A stretch of 63,747 bases of DNA, filler included. It is 11 parts of 11 records of this genome, joined end to end, with 100 filler letters (N's around TTAATTAATTAA, not from the genome) between each part and the next. Parts side by side here need not be neighbours in the genome. Positions count along the whole stretch, not along the records: positions 33,683 to 41,105 come from SRR7504441_4700; positions 41,206 to 44,584 come from SRR7504441_4701; positions 44,685 to 50,264 come from SRR7504441_4704; 8 more parts are not named here. One strand, 5' to 3'. The position numbers were made by a program, and so were the translations under genes. Position 1 is the first letter of the stretch. Every line of letters begins with the position of its first letter. The notes below the pieces were generated by a model, which did no database searches, had not been told where the DNA came from, and worked only from the letters and a program-made list of their open reading frames with translations. Below, one piece after another: positions 35,752 through 47,600 of the stretch.

Positions 35752-35857
35752 GGGGGCGCCGGCTCGGGAAACGCGCACCCAACGGATCAAGATTGCCAGC
35801 GTCCAACGGCCACGCGGCCAGACGCCGAGCGATCTCGCCGCCCGGGAGTCAAATCGC

Positions 35858-37192
35858 ATGTTTGAGCGATCGAGAACGCCCAAGCCACTACTGCTGCTGC
35901 TGCTGATGTCCATGCACTACTCCGCATCAATGTCTCCCGGAGGCCGCGTCCTCGGGCCACCCGAGATGATGCTGAAGGAACCCATCGCCGCGTGCGGCCA
36001 GGACAGGATGCGATACGCCCCTGACGCCCCAGCGAGGCTGTTTCGGCGGTCAAATGGGGAGGTCAACATGATCGCCTCCATCAACATGGAGTCCTATGCC
36101 TGCGCAGGACCCTCAGCCGACCGCCTCAACATCACATGCACGCCCTACTACACCAATCGTTGCGGCAACAATATGGATTGCCACGTTCCAGAGTGCTGCG
36201 TGCCCTCATTGTGGGCCTCACGCGAGTGGATATACTCGCCCTGGGTCTTCCCAGACAACGACACTGTTGTGGCCCTCACCCACAACGAGTTCCACGCATT
36301 GTAAGCCTCCTACCCCCCCTGCTGTGCTCAGCGCACCACTGACAAGAACGCCGTGTGTGCCAGGAACAGCACGCCGGCCACTCGATGCAACCATCCAGAG
36401 TGCGAGAACTGGGCCATCACCTCTCACATCTCCCTCGATGGAGGCAAGCACTTCACGCGACTGCGGAGCGCCCCAAACCACCTTGTAGCCTCTCTGCCAT
36501 ACACCTTGCCTGCAGACGGCACCGGCGCAGGCCCAGGCGATGGCAATAGCTCCATGGGTTACTGGGCACCCTCGAACATCGCCGGCTCCAAGGACGGGTG
36601 GCATTATGCACTCATTCACACATACCCACACAAAGCACAACAGACTGAGTCAGTATGGGGTTCAGTGTACCCCCCAGTCGCTCAGAATGTGAGCTCCTGT
36701 GCCGCTGGCCGGCCCTGTGGAGTGGGGAACTGCGTGATGAGGACACGCGATCTGACGGACCCCAAGTCGTGGAGGGTGTGGAATGGGCAAGACTGGAACA
36801 GCAGTTTCGTGGACCCGTATCAGGCTGACCCGCTGGCACCCCCTGTTGCCCCAGAGAGGCACGTGTGCACGCCTGTGCTGAATATGGCATATCCATCTCT
36901 TCTGTGGTCAAAGGTGCATGGGAAATGGCTCGCTGCAGGTGGCAAAGGCAGCACGTTCGATTGCTCTGAGATTGTGTACACATTGTCGGACGATCTTGTC
37001 TCGTGGTCGAAGCCGGTTCCCCTCTACACACCCCCTTGTGGCTCGAACCCTCACGGAATCATCTACCCCAGCCTGATGGACCCGAATGCGAGCACTCCAA
37101 ACTATGACGAGACCGGAGCGTTTCCCTTTGTCTATTTCGTGGACCACGCAGAGGGACGCAGCATCAAGCGCGTCCCAGTGCAGCTATGGTGA
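35858..37192 (+). CDS. Secreted Cys-rich beta-propeller-like protein with Asp-box-like motifs
   Basis: Signal-like LLLLLLMSM; SLDGGKHF and SDDLVSWS motifs. Single GT-AG intron 36301-36363 (GTAAG donor, CTGAC branch) restores the frame. Confidence 0.65.
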
Positions 37193-37488
37193 CGAATGTG
37201 CCGTCACTGGCGGCGAGCTGCTTCGTTACGATTTCAACAATTCCCTGTATTGAGCCACGGTGATGATACCTGCCAGGCCGCACACCTACCAGGCTGCAAA
37301 GCCGGCCGTGCGGGCCTCGGCAGTGGAGTTGTCTGAGTTGAGTTGAGCTAATAAATTACAATTTACAAATTATGTCGGTCTCAAACGCCTCCGAGCCCGC
37401 GAGCCTGGTCATGCATTAAAAATTGAATAAAACATGAAAGCTCTCACAACCACAACGGAAGTTGGCGCCACGATCCGAGACTCACACG

Positions 37489-40400
37489 ATGGTGAAACGG
37501 TGCCGGAGCCGGGCCCGCGGGGCTGGAGGGGGCGGACAGGTGTTATTTCTTCGGGGACGGCAAAGCGGACGGCTCAGCCAAGGACAAGAACCTGCTCGGC
37601 GGGAAGGGCGCCAACCTGGCCGAGATGGTCCGGATCGGGCTGCCGGTGCCGCCCGGGTTCACGATCACCACCGACACTTCGATCGAGTACACCAAACTCA
37701 AGGCCACTCCCCCAGGGCTGGAGACCGAGGTGCGCCAGTACGTGGGCAAGGTGGAGGGCACGATGGGCAGCCGGTTCGGCGACGCGGCCAATCCTTTGCT
37801 GATCGCTGTCCGGTCGGGCGCCCGGGTGTCGATGCCGGGGATGATGGACACGGTACTCAACGTCGGGCTGAACGACGTGACAGTCGAGGGCCTGGCCAAG
37901 CGCACCCAGGACCCGCGCTTCGCGTTCGACTCTTACCGACGGTTGATCCAAATGTACTCCGACATCGTACTCGAGCTGCCGCATAGCGACTTCGAGGCCG
38001 CGCTGGAGACCGCCAAAGCGGCCGCTAACGCCAAGACCGACAAAGACCTGACCCCGGCCCAGCTGCGCGCGCTGGTCGAGGAGTACAAGACGATCGTGCA
38101 CAAGCACACCGGAAAGCCGTTCCCTCAGGACCCGTGGCAGCAGGTTTTCTCGTCGATCCAGGCGGTGTTCTCGTCCTGGATGAACGACCGGGCCGTGCAC
38201 TACCGGGAGCTCAACCAGATCCCCGAGTCCTGGGGCACCGCGGTCACCGTAATGGCGATGGTATTTGGTAACATGGGCGAGCAGTCGTGCACGGGCGTAG
38301 CTTTTACTCGCAACCCTTCGACTGGCGAGAATCGGTTCTACGGCGAGTTCCTGACCAACGCGCAGGGCGAGGACGTGGTGGCCGGGATCCGCACCCCGCA
38401 GCCGCTGATGAAGGACAACTCGGGTCTGCCTTCTCTCGAAGAGATCCGTCCAAAGATCTTTAAAGAGCTGTGCGAGATCAGACGGATTCTCGAGAATAAA
38501 TTCCACGACATGCAGGACATCGAGTTCACCGTCCAGGATGGCAAGACTTACATGCTCCAGACCCGGAACGGCAAGAGGACCGCTGCAGCAGCTGTACGGT
38601 GCGAGCTCGCAGAGACTTGTGTCGTGACTCGCCGGACAGGACCGCAGTTGAGATGGTGGACGAGGGCCTGATAGACAAGGTCCGGCCCGGCCGGCCGGCT
38701 GGGGCTGACAGGCACGGGTGCAGCGCGAGGCGATCCTGCGCGTGACGCCAGAGAACGTCGAGTCTATGCTCCATCCACAGCTCGACAAGAGCAAGGCCGG
38801 CCAATCGATCGGGAAAGGGCTGCCTGCCAGTCCGGGAGGGGCCACCGGCAAGGTGGTGTTCTCTGCAAAGGAGGCCGAGGCCCGGGCTGCCAACAAGGAG
38901 AAGGTGCTTTTGGTGCGGATCGAGACATCACCCGAGGACCTTCGTGGGATGACTGCGGCTCAGGGCATTCTGACGGCTCGTGGTGGTATGACTTCGCACG
39001 CAGCGGTGGTCACCAGACAGATGGGCAAACCGTGCGCTGGCCGCTCGCCGGCTGGCCGACCGGTTGGGACAGGTGCGTGTGTGGGCTGGGCGAGCTGCAG
39101 GTCGACCTGGCAGCAAAGACTATGTCACTCGGGGGCAAGACTTTCACCGAAAAAGACACCATCACAATCGACGGCAGTACTGGCGAAGTCTACGCCGGGG
39201 CGGTGCGCGGCGGCGCCGTGGTGTCGTTGATTGCGTGTGCCAGATCCCTCGGATGGACGCGGCCACCGGTGGGTATTTCGCAAAGCTGATGTCGTGGGCC
39301 GATGAGGTTCGAAGGCTCGGAGTGCTGACCAACGCCGACAATGGCCGGGATGCCAAGCGGGCCCGCGACATGGGCGCCGAGGGGATTGGGCTGGTCCGGA
39401 CGGAGCACATGTTCTTTGAGGGCGAGCGGATCCACATCTTCCGGGAGTTCATTCTGGCGCAGTCGGAAGCTCAGCGGGAGGCCGCGATCAACGCGCTCCA
39501 GAAGTTCCAGACCGAGGATTTTGAGGGCATCTTTGCGGCCATGGACGGGCTGCCTGTCACGATTCGACTGCTCGACCCACCGCTGCACGAGTTCCTGCCT
39601 TCAGCCGCAAAAGACATCCAGGAGGTGCCTGGCTGATAGCTTGGCGGTTGTCACAGATGGCTAGGTGGCCTCGAGGCTCAAGCTGAAGCCGGAGGCGGTG
39701 CACTCAGAGATTGAGCGGCTGCATGAGTCAAACCCGATGCTGGGGCACCGCGGGTGCCGGCTCGGGATCACGTTCCCTTCACTGTACAACATGCAAGTGC
39801 GCGCGATCGTTGAAGCGGCCATAACTTGCGCAAAGCGCGGGATCAAGACCAAGCCCAAGGTGGGCCAAGGGCTGGTTGTGGCTAATCTAGGCCGGACAGA
39901 TCATGGTGCCGCTGATTTCGATGGGCCTGGAGCTGCAGCTGGTCAAGGACCAGTCTCTCCAAGTGATTGGCCAGTACAAGAGCTCGGGCGCTCTCACGTT
40001 TGACATCCCGATCGGAACTATGGTCGAGCTGCCCCGCGCGTGCATCATGGCGCACGAGGTCTTGTGCCCTGCACACAGGCTCGCTCAGATTGTGCCACAG
40101 GTGGCCAAGACTGCAGAATTTTTCTCGTTTGGCACGAATGACCTTACCCAGACCACATTTGGCATTTCGAGGGATGACTCCAACACTTTCCTCCCTGGTA
40201 CTTAGGGCTGGCATGATCTGACAGCTGAGTTAAGCATTTGCGTTTAGATTACAAGAAGAAGGGGCTAGTCTCTGGCGACCCATTTGCGGTGCTGGATCCG
40301 CACGGTGTCGGAGGCCTGATTAAGATTGCCTGTGACGGGGGACGGAGCACTCGGGCCGATCTGGAGATCGGAATCTGTGGCGAGCACGGTGAGCAATCCC

Positions 40401-40574
40401 GCCAAATTCGGCGCTGGACTGACTTGCCCGTCAGGTGGCAACCCCCAGAGTGTGGAGTTTGCACACTCCGTGGGGAAAATCGACTATGTATCTTGTAGTC
40501 CTCTGCGGGTGCCAGTTGCTCGCATGGCAGCTGCCCACGCCGCAATTAAGCAAGCGCAGACCTCTAAGCTGTGA
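37489..40574 (+). CDS. PPDK: Pyruvate, phosphate dikinase with C-terminal SKL; 9 introns
   Basis: [75 protein letters not shown]. Introns 37500-37539, 38599-38639, 38680-38723, 39032-39072, 39203-39243, 39625-39664, 39860-39899, 40059-40100, 40198-40247, 40389-40434 (ten counting the first). Confidence 0.97.
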
Positions 40575-41323
40575 TCATGCATTGGCTTTATATTGTCGGG
40601 ACCTATCAGAAGTCGCCAGCTGGCAAAGATGGCTCCAGGTAGATTCGACACATGCGATCTCTCGGATAAATACGAGTTGACCAATCATAGTCTACTTTAT
40701 CATAGCGGACCATAAATCTATTTTATGTACAAAGCCTATAATTATACTCGTACAGCCTGTACCGAACAATTATTATTTTTAAGCAATGTTCCATGATCGT
40801 ACTAGCCTGATTTGATGAGCTTGTTAGTAAACGAGTCAAGCACTTTGTCCTCCTCGAGCTCCGGAGCTAAAGTTCTGCTTAGTGAGGGACTGCTTGTGTC
40901 TCCATTTGCTGTACGCGTTGGACCCAACTCTAACCCAACTCCGTCGCCTACTGCAATTTCGTGTACGTCATTCAGAGTGCTTTTCGTTGCAGGCGTCAGG
41001 AGCAGCTTGGGAGCATTTAGTCCGGGACGTGTCGGCTCAGGCGGTTACGTGGTTGATCTCGCCTGGTGTGCTCGAGTGATCACTTGCATCCATTGATGAA
41101 ACGTCNNNNNNNNNNNNNNNNNNNNNNNNNNNNNNNNNNNNNNNNNNNNTTAATTAATTAANNNNNNNNNNNNNNNNNNNNNNNNNNNNNNNNNNNNNNN
41201 NNNNNTTAGTCATAGACACCCCTCCTAAGCATGAAACCTAACACCCGATCTAGGCACCCTGGTACACGTACGACAGATCTCTGTAACTAGTGTACATGTA
41301 CGTGTAATTGAATTGCGCATGCG

Positions 41324-43261
41324 TCACATGGCATCTACCCCTTGGCTGCGTGCAAGGATGTTCTCAAGCCGCATCCTCAGATTGTAATCGCCGTCACGGG
41401 TTGCGGAAGGCTCGTGCTGGTACTGTTCCCGGAATGCGCTCAATTGCAGTTCGAGCAGCTCCAACGGCACGTCCGCCGCGCTGAAATCGGCTGCTTCGAA
41501 GAGCTGCCGCTTCATGAAAATCGGCCTGGCCCATTCGATGTGGCGCTCGTTTGAGACCACCACAACGTGATCCAAGAGCTTGGGCTTGGGCGATGGGCGT
41601 CTGACAATGCCCTTGGCATGAGTGGGTGGGTAGCCTTTCCCTTTCCCCTTCCCCTTGCCACGCGAACCCCCCCTGCCCCTACCCCTGCCGCGCGTGGTCG
41701 AGCTGCTCGCAGCTGCTAATGCCTCCTTCATTGATGCAGTCTGGAAGCCCTGAGCAAGAAGCAGCCTGGCTGAGAGATCGGCGTTGTCCTGCGTGCTACG
41801 GGCTTCGGTCTCGAGCAATATCTGGGACGCTGGCACACGCTCGGCCTGCGCTATCAGCTGCATCATCCGAGCTTCGGGCACCCCGTCCTTATCGCCCACC
41901 GTGTTCTTCGGCCCACCGGTAAGAAGCATCAACTGCCACAAACAAAGCGGTCAACTCGACTCCGCAGGCTGCACACCGTCGTTTTGGGGTACTCTTCCCG
42001 GAGGCGATGATACAGCTCAGCGCCGAGCTTTACCTGAATCAACCTCAGCGCAGCCCCAGCCAGCTCTCTTACCCGAATCGTACAGTCTATTGACGCGGTC
42101 GAGCCGGAAAGTGGCTCATTCCCGAGTACGAGTACCACTGCCCACTTGGGGTCGGGGCCAAGGACTGTGGGAAATTGGATCTCGGCCGACGCCCGGAGCG
42201 ACTTGCAGTGGTGCTTGGGTATGACCACCGGCATCACTGTCGTTGGATCCATCTCATCCAACCTGCATAACGGAAATCCGTATGCAGAGAGCAGGACTCT
42301 ATCGGAGGCCCGCAGAGACGAGTCAAGCTCGCCATCCTCCCGTCGTCGTATCACACTAAGTGCAGCTGGCCTGCAGCCTAGCTGCACCAGCAACGCGATA
42401 CCGTCGCACAGGTCGTCGTCGGTAGTGCACTCGACTGCTACTGTCGCAGCCTCTCTGGTTGCCCTGTAGTCCAGCTTGTGAATTGCACGCAGCTGCGGCC
42501 AGGCTGCGCTCACAAAGCTGGCGCTGGACGAGAGCGGCTGGTACCGCCCCGAGGCCGCCGATGTGGCATCCAGCCAGGCGTCCAGCCGGCGCAGACTCGC
42601 CTCTACCGCGCTGTCTGCTCCAGCTAGCAACTGACGTGGCACCGGCCTTTCACCCGCCAGGCGTCGCTCCAGTGCGGCCAGCTGCGCGATGTTATCGGGC
42701 TTGATCTCGGTCGCCGAGAATGGCCGGCATCTCTTCAGGTGCACATACGCCTCGTCGAGTCGCAGGCCGTGCACCGCCATCAGAGCCGCCAGCGCAAACG
42801 TCGGAGACCTGAAACGCTACGGTCAGCGCACCCCCCTCACCCTCACACCGGTTCTGGGCGGCCACGCAGTGCAGGTAGAGCCGCGCGCCTGGCGTGTGGT
42901 GCGCCCGTTCTACGAACCGGCAGCCAGCCAGCAGGGTGTCTGTATCGAGCTCCTGCTTGGCCTGACAGACCGGATCGGCCCGGTTGTCAGTGGCGCTGTC
43001 ATAGATGTCCAGCGCCAGCACGGTGGGCGCGCCCTGCGCTGAATATAGCGCCATCGCGTCGGCGGTGTCGCTGGCAGCCACATTGAGGAAGTGCGTGCAG
43101 CTGGCCAGCTGCCCTAGGTACTTACTCACGTGCGGCCGGCTGCCTTTGCCGAGAAACAGGTAGCCTGACCCGTCCGCCCGGTGGGCCACGCAGTGGCCCG
43201 CCGTGAACTCGCCGGAAGCCGCCTGCAGCGCCGCGGTCGCCCCAACGCACCCGGCCAGCAT
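41324..43261 (-). CDS. Dual-specificity phosphatase-like domain fused to a DUF218 (YdcF/SanA-like) domain
   Basis: Spliced P-loop LYLHCVAAQNRSPTFALAALM..EAYVHLKRCRP. C-terminal VVLVLG..LLTGG..EARMM..ILLETEARSTQDNA..VVVVSNERHIEWA. Confidence 0.7.
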
Positions 43262-43618
43262 GTACTACAGCATGGCCAGATCATCCGATAGTTTCCGTTA
43301 AAAACTGAACGGCCACCGGTGCCTTCACTACTGGTACATGCCTTCGCCCACACCCCGCTCGGGATACAGATATCAATCTGATAAAACCCTATCGGGAGAC
43401 TCAAAATGAAACCCGAATACTCCTACGTACGTGACTTCTACTGTGCGTACATGTCTCGTAGGAGTACGCCGCAGTGCGCGCGACAATTCACCGGTTTATG
43501 ATCGTGAATGCACAGGCTCGACTTGCACACACAAGTGTGCTCTGCAACGATATAGAAAGCTCTAGAACCCGTATATAACTAGCGTATGAATGCAAATGAA
43601 TGCGCTATTTCTATGACT

Positions 43619-44308
43619 TTAATACTCGTAGCAATCGACGTCGGTGCACTCGGCCGACTTTCGTCCTCGCGAGGACGCCCAGCTGCAACTTCTAGCCAAT
43701 CACCACCCACCATACAGCGGATAGCCAGGCGGCACTCCCAGGAACCGGCGTGCCTCGTCTGGTTTCATCGGCTCCTTTGCCCTCGCGTGCGCCCGCCGCC
43801 GCCAGACAGCCCCTCGCTCGATGGTACGATGTTCCTCCACCGCCCGCTCAGCCAAGGCAGCTGCCCGCACCGGTCAGTCTGGCCCTCCTCGGGGGGCTAC
43901 CGGCGTGGATCATGTCGGCCTGGTAGTTGACTTCGATCCCGCGGGCGGCTATCTTATCCTCGTCGCTCCACCTGCTCCCCGCTCCATAGTATACTGTATA
44001 TCTAGTCGGCCGGCACCAGTAGTAGTCGAGCTGCCGGTCCCTGTGCCAGTCATGCAGCCGCCGCTCCGTGTACGCCTGCCCGCGGTCAGCCCCCCTGGGT
44101 CCCGGCCTCGCGCCATGTTCTGGCGTGCCGCTTCGACCTGCCCACCCCCCGCTTAGCGGCCGGTCCCTTGAGCCGTGGGCACCTTGAGCAGCTGGGCGTG
44201 GCGCTCTTGCTCGATCGGGCCGCCCGGGTGCCGTGGGCCGGCGGCCTCGATTCGGGCGAGGTCTGCCGTCAGACAGATCGGGACTGTGGGCCTGTCGCTG
44301 GGCGACAT
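43619..44308 (-). CDS. Small hypothetical protein (about 160 aa, 5 introns), not visible in the ORF track
   Basis: An open spliced frame MSPSDRPTVP..QLLK|VEAARQNM|AYTERRLHDW..DCYEY* uses introns 44138-44182, 44076-44113 (GC-AG with CTGAC) and three more. AACGG at 44313 just upstream. Confidence 0.55.
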
Positions 44309-44684
44309 GTGCAACGGCTTTTCTCGGGAAGCTCAGGCCAAAACTTGAGCACAGGCTTCTGGGCCAGTGGGGTTAATTAACTTGGGCGCTATATAATTAT
44401 AGCGCGTCGATGCATGCATTACATCGTACGGCAGGACTTCGGTCGAGTCTGTTTTTGAGGCATGATTTGACGACGCCTATTTCACGCTCGCTGGCCGACT
44501 AGCTGGCCGACACTGAACACATTGCGCGACATCTTACGGCCCCCGGGCTGCTCTACCCACCGGGGAACGGACCGGCAAGCCGCANNNNNNNNNNNNNNNN
44601 NNNNNNNNNNNNNNNNNNNNNNNNNNNNTTAATTAATTAANNNNNNNNNNNNNNNNNNNNNNNNNNNNNNNNNNNNNNNNNNNN

Positions 44685-47600
44685 GCTTCGACCTCGAAGC
44701 CAGCCTCTCCTGCTTTGGTCTTGGGAATGACTGTCACTTTGAGTGTGCAGTCGACGTCGTGGACTGTCGGCGTGTATGTTCGCCGAACCCCTTCGGCGAT
44801 AGGTATGAATTTTGGCTCGTCCTCGTCGAGCTTAATGTTAGGTGCCTTTCTCCACCACTGCCACACGTGATCGCCCTCTTCACCCCCTCGGAATGTCCCA
44901 TTGGCATACAATTCGGCACCTTCTCTCAGATGCCCCTTGATTGACAGCGGCCGGATTGTCGGTTTGAAGGGAGCAATGATGTCTGAACTGGGAGACCACT
45001 CAATTCGTCCTTTAATCCCGTCCGATCTGATAGGAATGTAACCGAACTGAATCCGGCGGTTTATGTCTGGCAGATCTGGATAGTATGTTTCGTCGGTGGC
45101 GGTCGTGATCACTTCGTACCCTCGCTTCAGATCCGGTCTCATCCGCCTCCAGCAATATACAGATTTGCCCTCCCTCCCTCCCTGGTACTGACCTAACCCC
45201 TGGAGAAGAGGCTGAGCCGGGTGAACCCGCTTCACTTTCACGTTGTTCACACACGGAGCAGATGCCTCCACCAGCGAGGTGCTAGTGTAAGTTTGCTCCT
45301 TGCCCTGGACGCCCATGGTAGTGATGGGGGTGTAAGACAGATGTAGACGGTAGCCCACGTCCTCGACTGTCGGCGTGTATTCTCGGCTGGTCCCAACGAC
45401 AGTTCCAATGTACCTGCGGTTGCCAGTGTCGATCCTTGCCGTGGGCAGCGACGGCGTTTCCTCTTGGGAGATGAGCGCCCTTGTGTTGTCTACGCTCTTG
45501 GGAGATGTGTTGTCTACGCTCATCTCGCTCGCCTCGTCGTCAAACTCAGTTCTCTCAGTTCTCTCAGTTCTTCGTGAGATCGACATCGCACTCTCAGAGG
45601 CAAAGGTTGAGCTCATCTGGCTGTCTTCATCATCGGGCTCAGTGGCTTCGTTATCTGTCCCTTTAAACCAGCCCCCTTTGTTGTTGGTTTTGTGCATCGC
45701 TGCAGCAATCTTCCCCAGGCCTCGCCTGCTCGCCGATAGACTTTCGTCTTCGTCGCCTAGCTCTTTCAGCCGATACCAAGCAAAGATTGAGTTGCCCTCC
45801 TGCCCCCCCACAAACAGCCCTATAGGATTGAGCTCTATGCCCTCGATCATCGGCTCGGCACAACGGAGCTCGTGTACATACGCCTTCTCGGATATGGCGA
45901 GCTGCCCGAGGCATTTTTGTGCGTCGCTGCGCACCTCTTGCCACGAAGACTTGAGCAGTGTGCCAACAAGCGGCAAGAGTCCGCCTTCCAAGATGAGCAA
46001 TATTCGGTTAGCTTCTATCTCAGCCATGGATGCCAACGCCATTGCAGTCCGCCGCTGCACGTGCTCGTCATGAGAAAAGGCCAAGGTGATCAGCTCTCGA
46101 ACCCCACCTTGGGCCACGAGCTGGGTCTGGGCATGTGGCGTGCTTGCAAGCTTGGCCAACTTGTCCGCCGCTCGTCGCTGATGCTCAATATCGCCGTAGT
46201 ACTTGGCCAGTGCCACGTCCGAAGCCATGTCGCCATGGAGTTGCTCGCCCTCCACAATTGCCTCTCTCATTAGCCCTACGTCAAACCCTGTAGCCTCAGC
46301 AAGCGCGCCAACAGCCTTTACTGCCCACTCTTTGATCTTGTCGTCCTTCGAATTGCACAGTCTCACGACGTTTGCTCGGTTAGGGTCTGTCGCGATTATA
46401 TCCTAACCAACTGTCAGCAAGTTCTGGGCCGGGCTGGGCTACCTTGACGTGTGTGTCAACCGCCAACGAGGCCAGAGCCTTGCAGCACTGGAGCTGGCAG
46501 TGCGCGTCGTCGAACGAGCAAGTTTGGAGCAGCTTGGCCACCGTATGCTTGGAGCTTACTTCGAGCCTCACCTTGTCGACTCGTCCAATGCACGCAATCA
46601 AACCGGCGCATGCTGCTCGGACCTGCACATCAGAGCCTTAGGCACCACCCCGGCACACACTCCGCACCCCGATGTCCTTGTGTGCCACGCCAACCGCACA
46701 GCTTTCGACGGCAGTCCGTCCCTCAATTCCAGGTCTGCCGGCCAACTTTTCGACGATCTCGGGCAGAGTTTTCTCCCGACTGTCTACTTCACTCGACGAG
46801 CAGAAGGCAACGAGCACAGGGTAAACTTCCTTCTGAAGCTTGGGAGCGCCAGTCGAGCTGAGACAGCCCACAAGCACATCAAACAGGTGAAACCGGTCCA
46901 CTAGATCGGCTTTCCTATCGTCGCGGTACAGGATTACCAGATTGTATAGGATCTTGACACAGCACCGCTTGACTTCCTCGTCAGTCGAAATGCTCAGAGC
47001 CGTGCAGACTTCGTGCACCCCGCCGTATTCGACACCGAAGAAAAGATCGTGGCTATCTTCGTTCTGGGCCAGAAGACTGAGCAGTAGGGCGCCACATCGG
47101 GAAATATAGTTATCGGCGTTGCTCAGCATCTCCAGCACTCTGTTGAAGCCAGTCTCGACCATATCGTCGCCGCCCATGGTCTCCAGCATCGCCTCGTGGT
47201 GTTCAAACATCCCAAACGTCCATGCCAGCGCCAGAGACGCGAACCTAATTGTCTCAATGTCTTCGTCCATGACACCCCTGTTAATTGCTGCTTTGGTTAG
47301 AGCTGGGAAAAACACATGTGTAGCAATTTGCTCCTGCGCTGTTTCGGACCGCGAGAGATTCGCAATTGCACGAGCTGCGTGTCTCTTGGCTTGGACTACA
47401 GCGTCAACGTCGGCCAGCACATCCAGTAGAAGGTCAATTGCGCCGGCCTCCAGCAGTTGCGAGTGGCATTGATCGAGGACAGACAGGTCAGCAAATGTGC
47501 TGCAAGAGAACGCCACCGCTTCATCAAATGTCGACCCCATCAGCTTGGCCACGATGGCAATACCGCCACTGGCAACCAACTCCAGCCTGTTCTGGTCTTG

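Noticed and set aside
34289-36304. 671-aa plus-strand ORF
   Set aside because: Mostly the antisense shadow of the minus-strand coiled-coil gene (Ser/Ala/Phe-rich). Only the part from ATG 35858 is a plausible gene.
36296-36331. Possible GC-AG intron in the secreted propeller gene
   Set aside because: A canonical GTAAG..CTGAC..CAG intron at 36301-36363 restores the same frame more plausibly.
37489-40574. Apparent frameshifts in PPDK, TFIIS and RCC1 suggesting pseudogenes, recoding or an alternative genetic code
   Set aside because: Each break is explained by a short GT-AG intron that restores conserved motifs. TAA, TAG and TGA all end genes normally.
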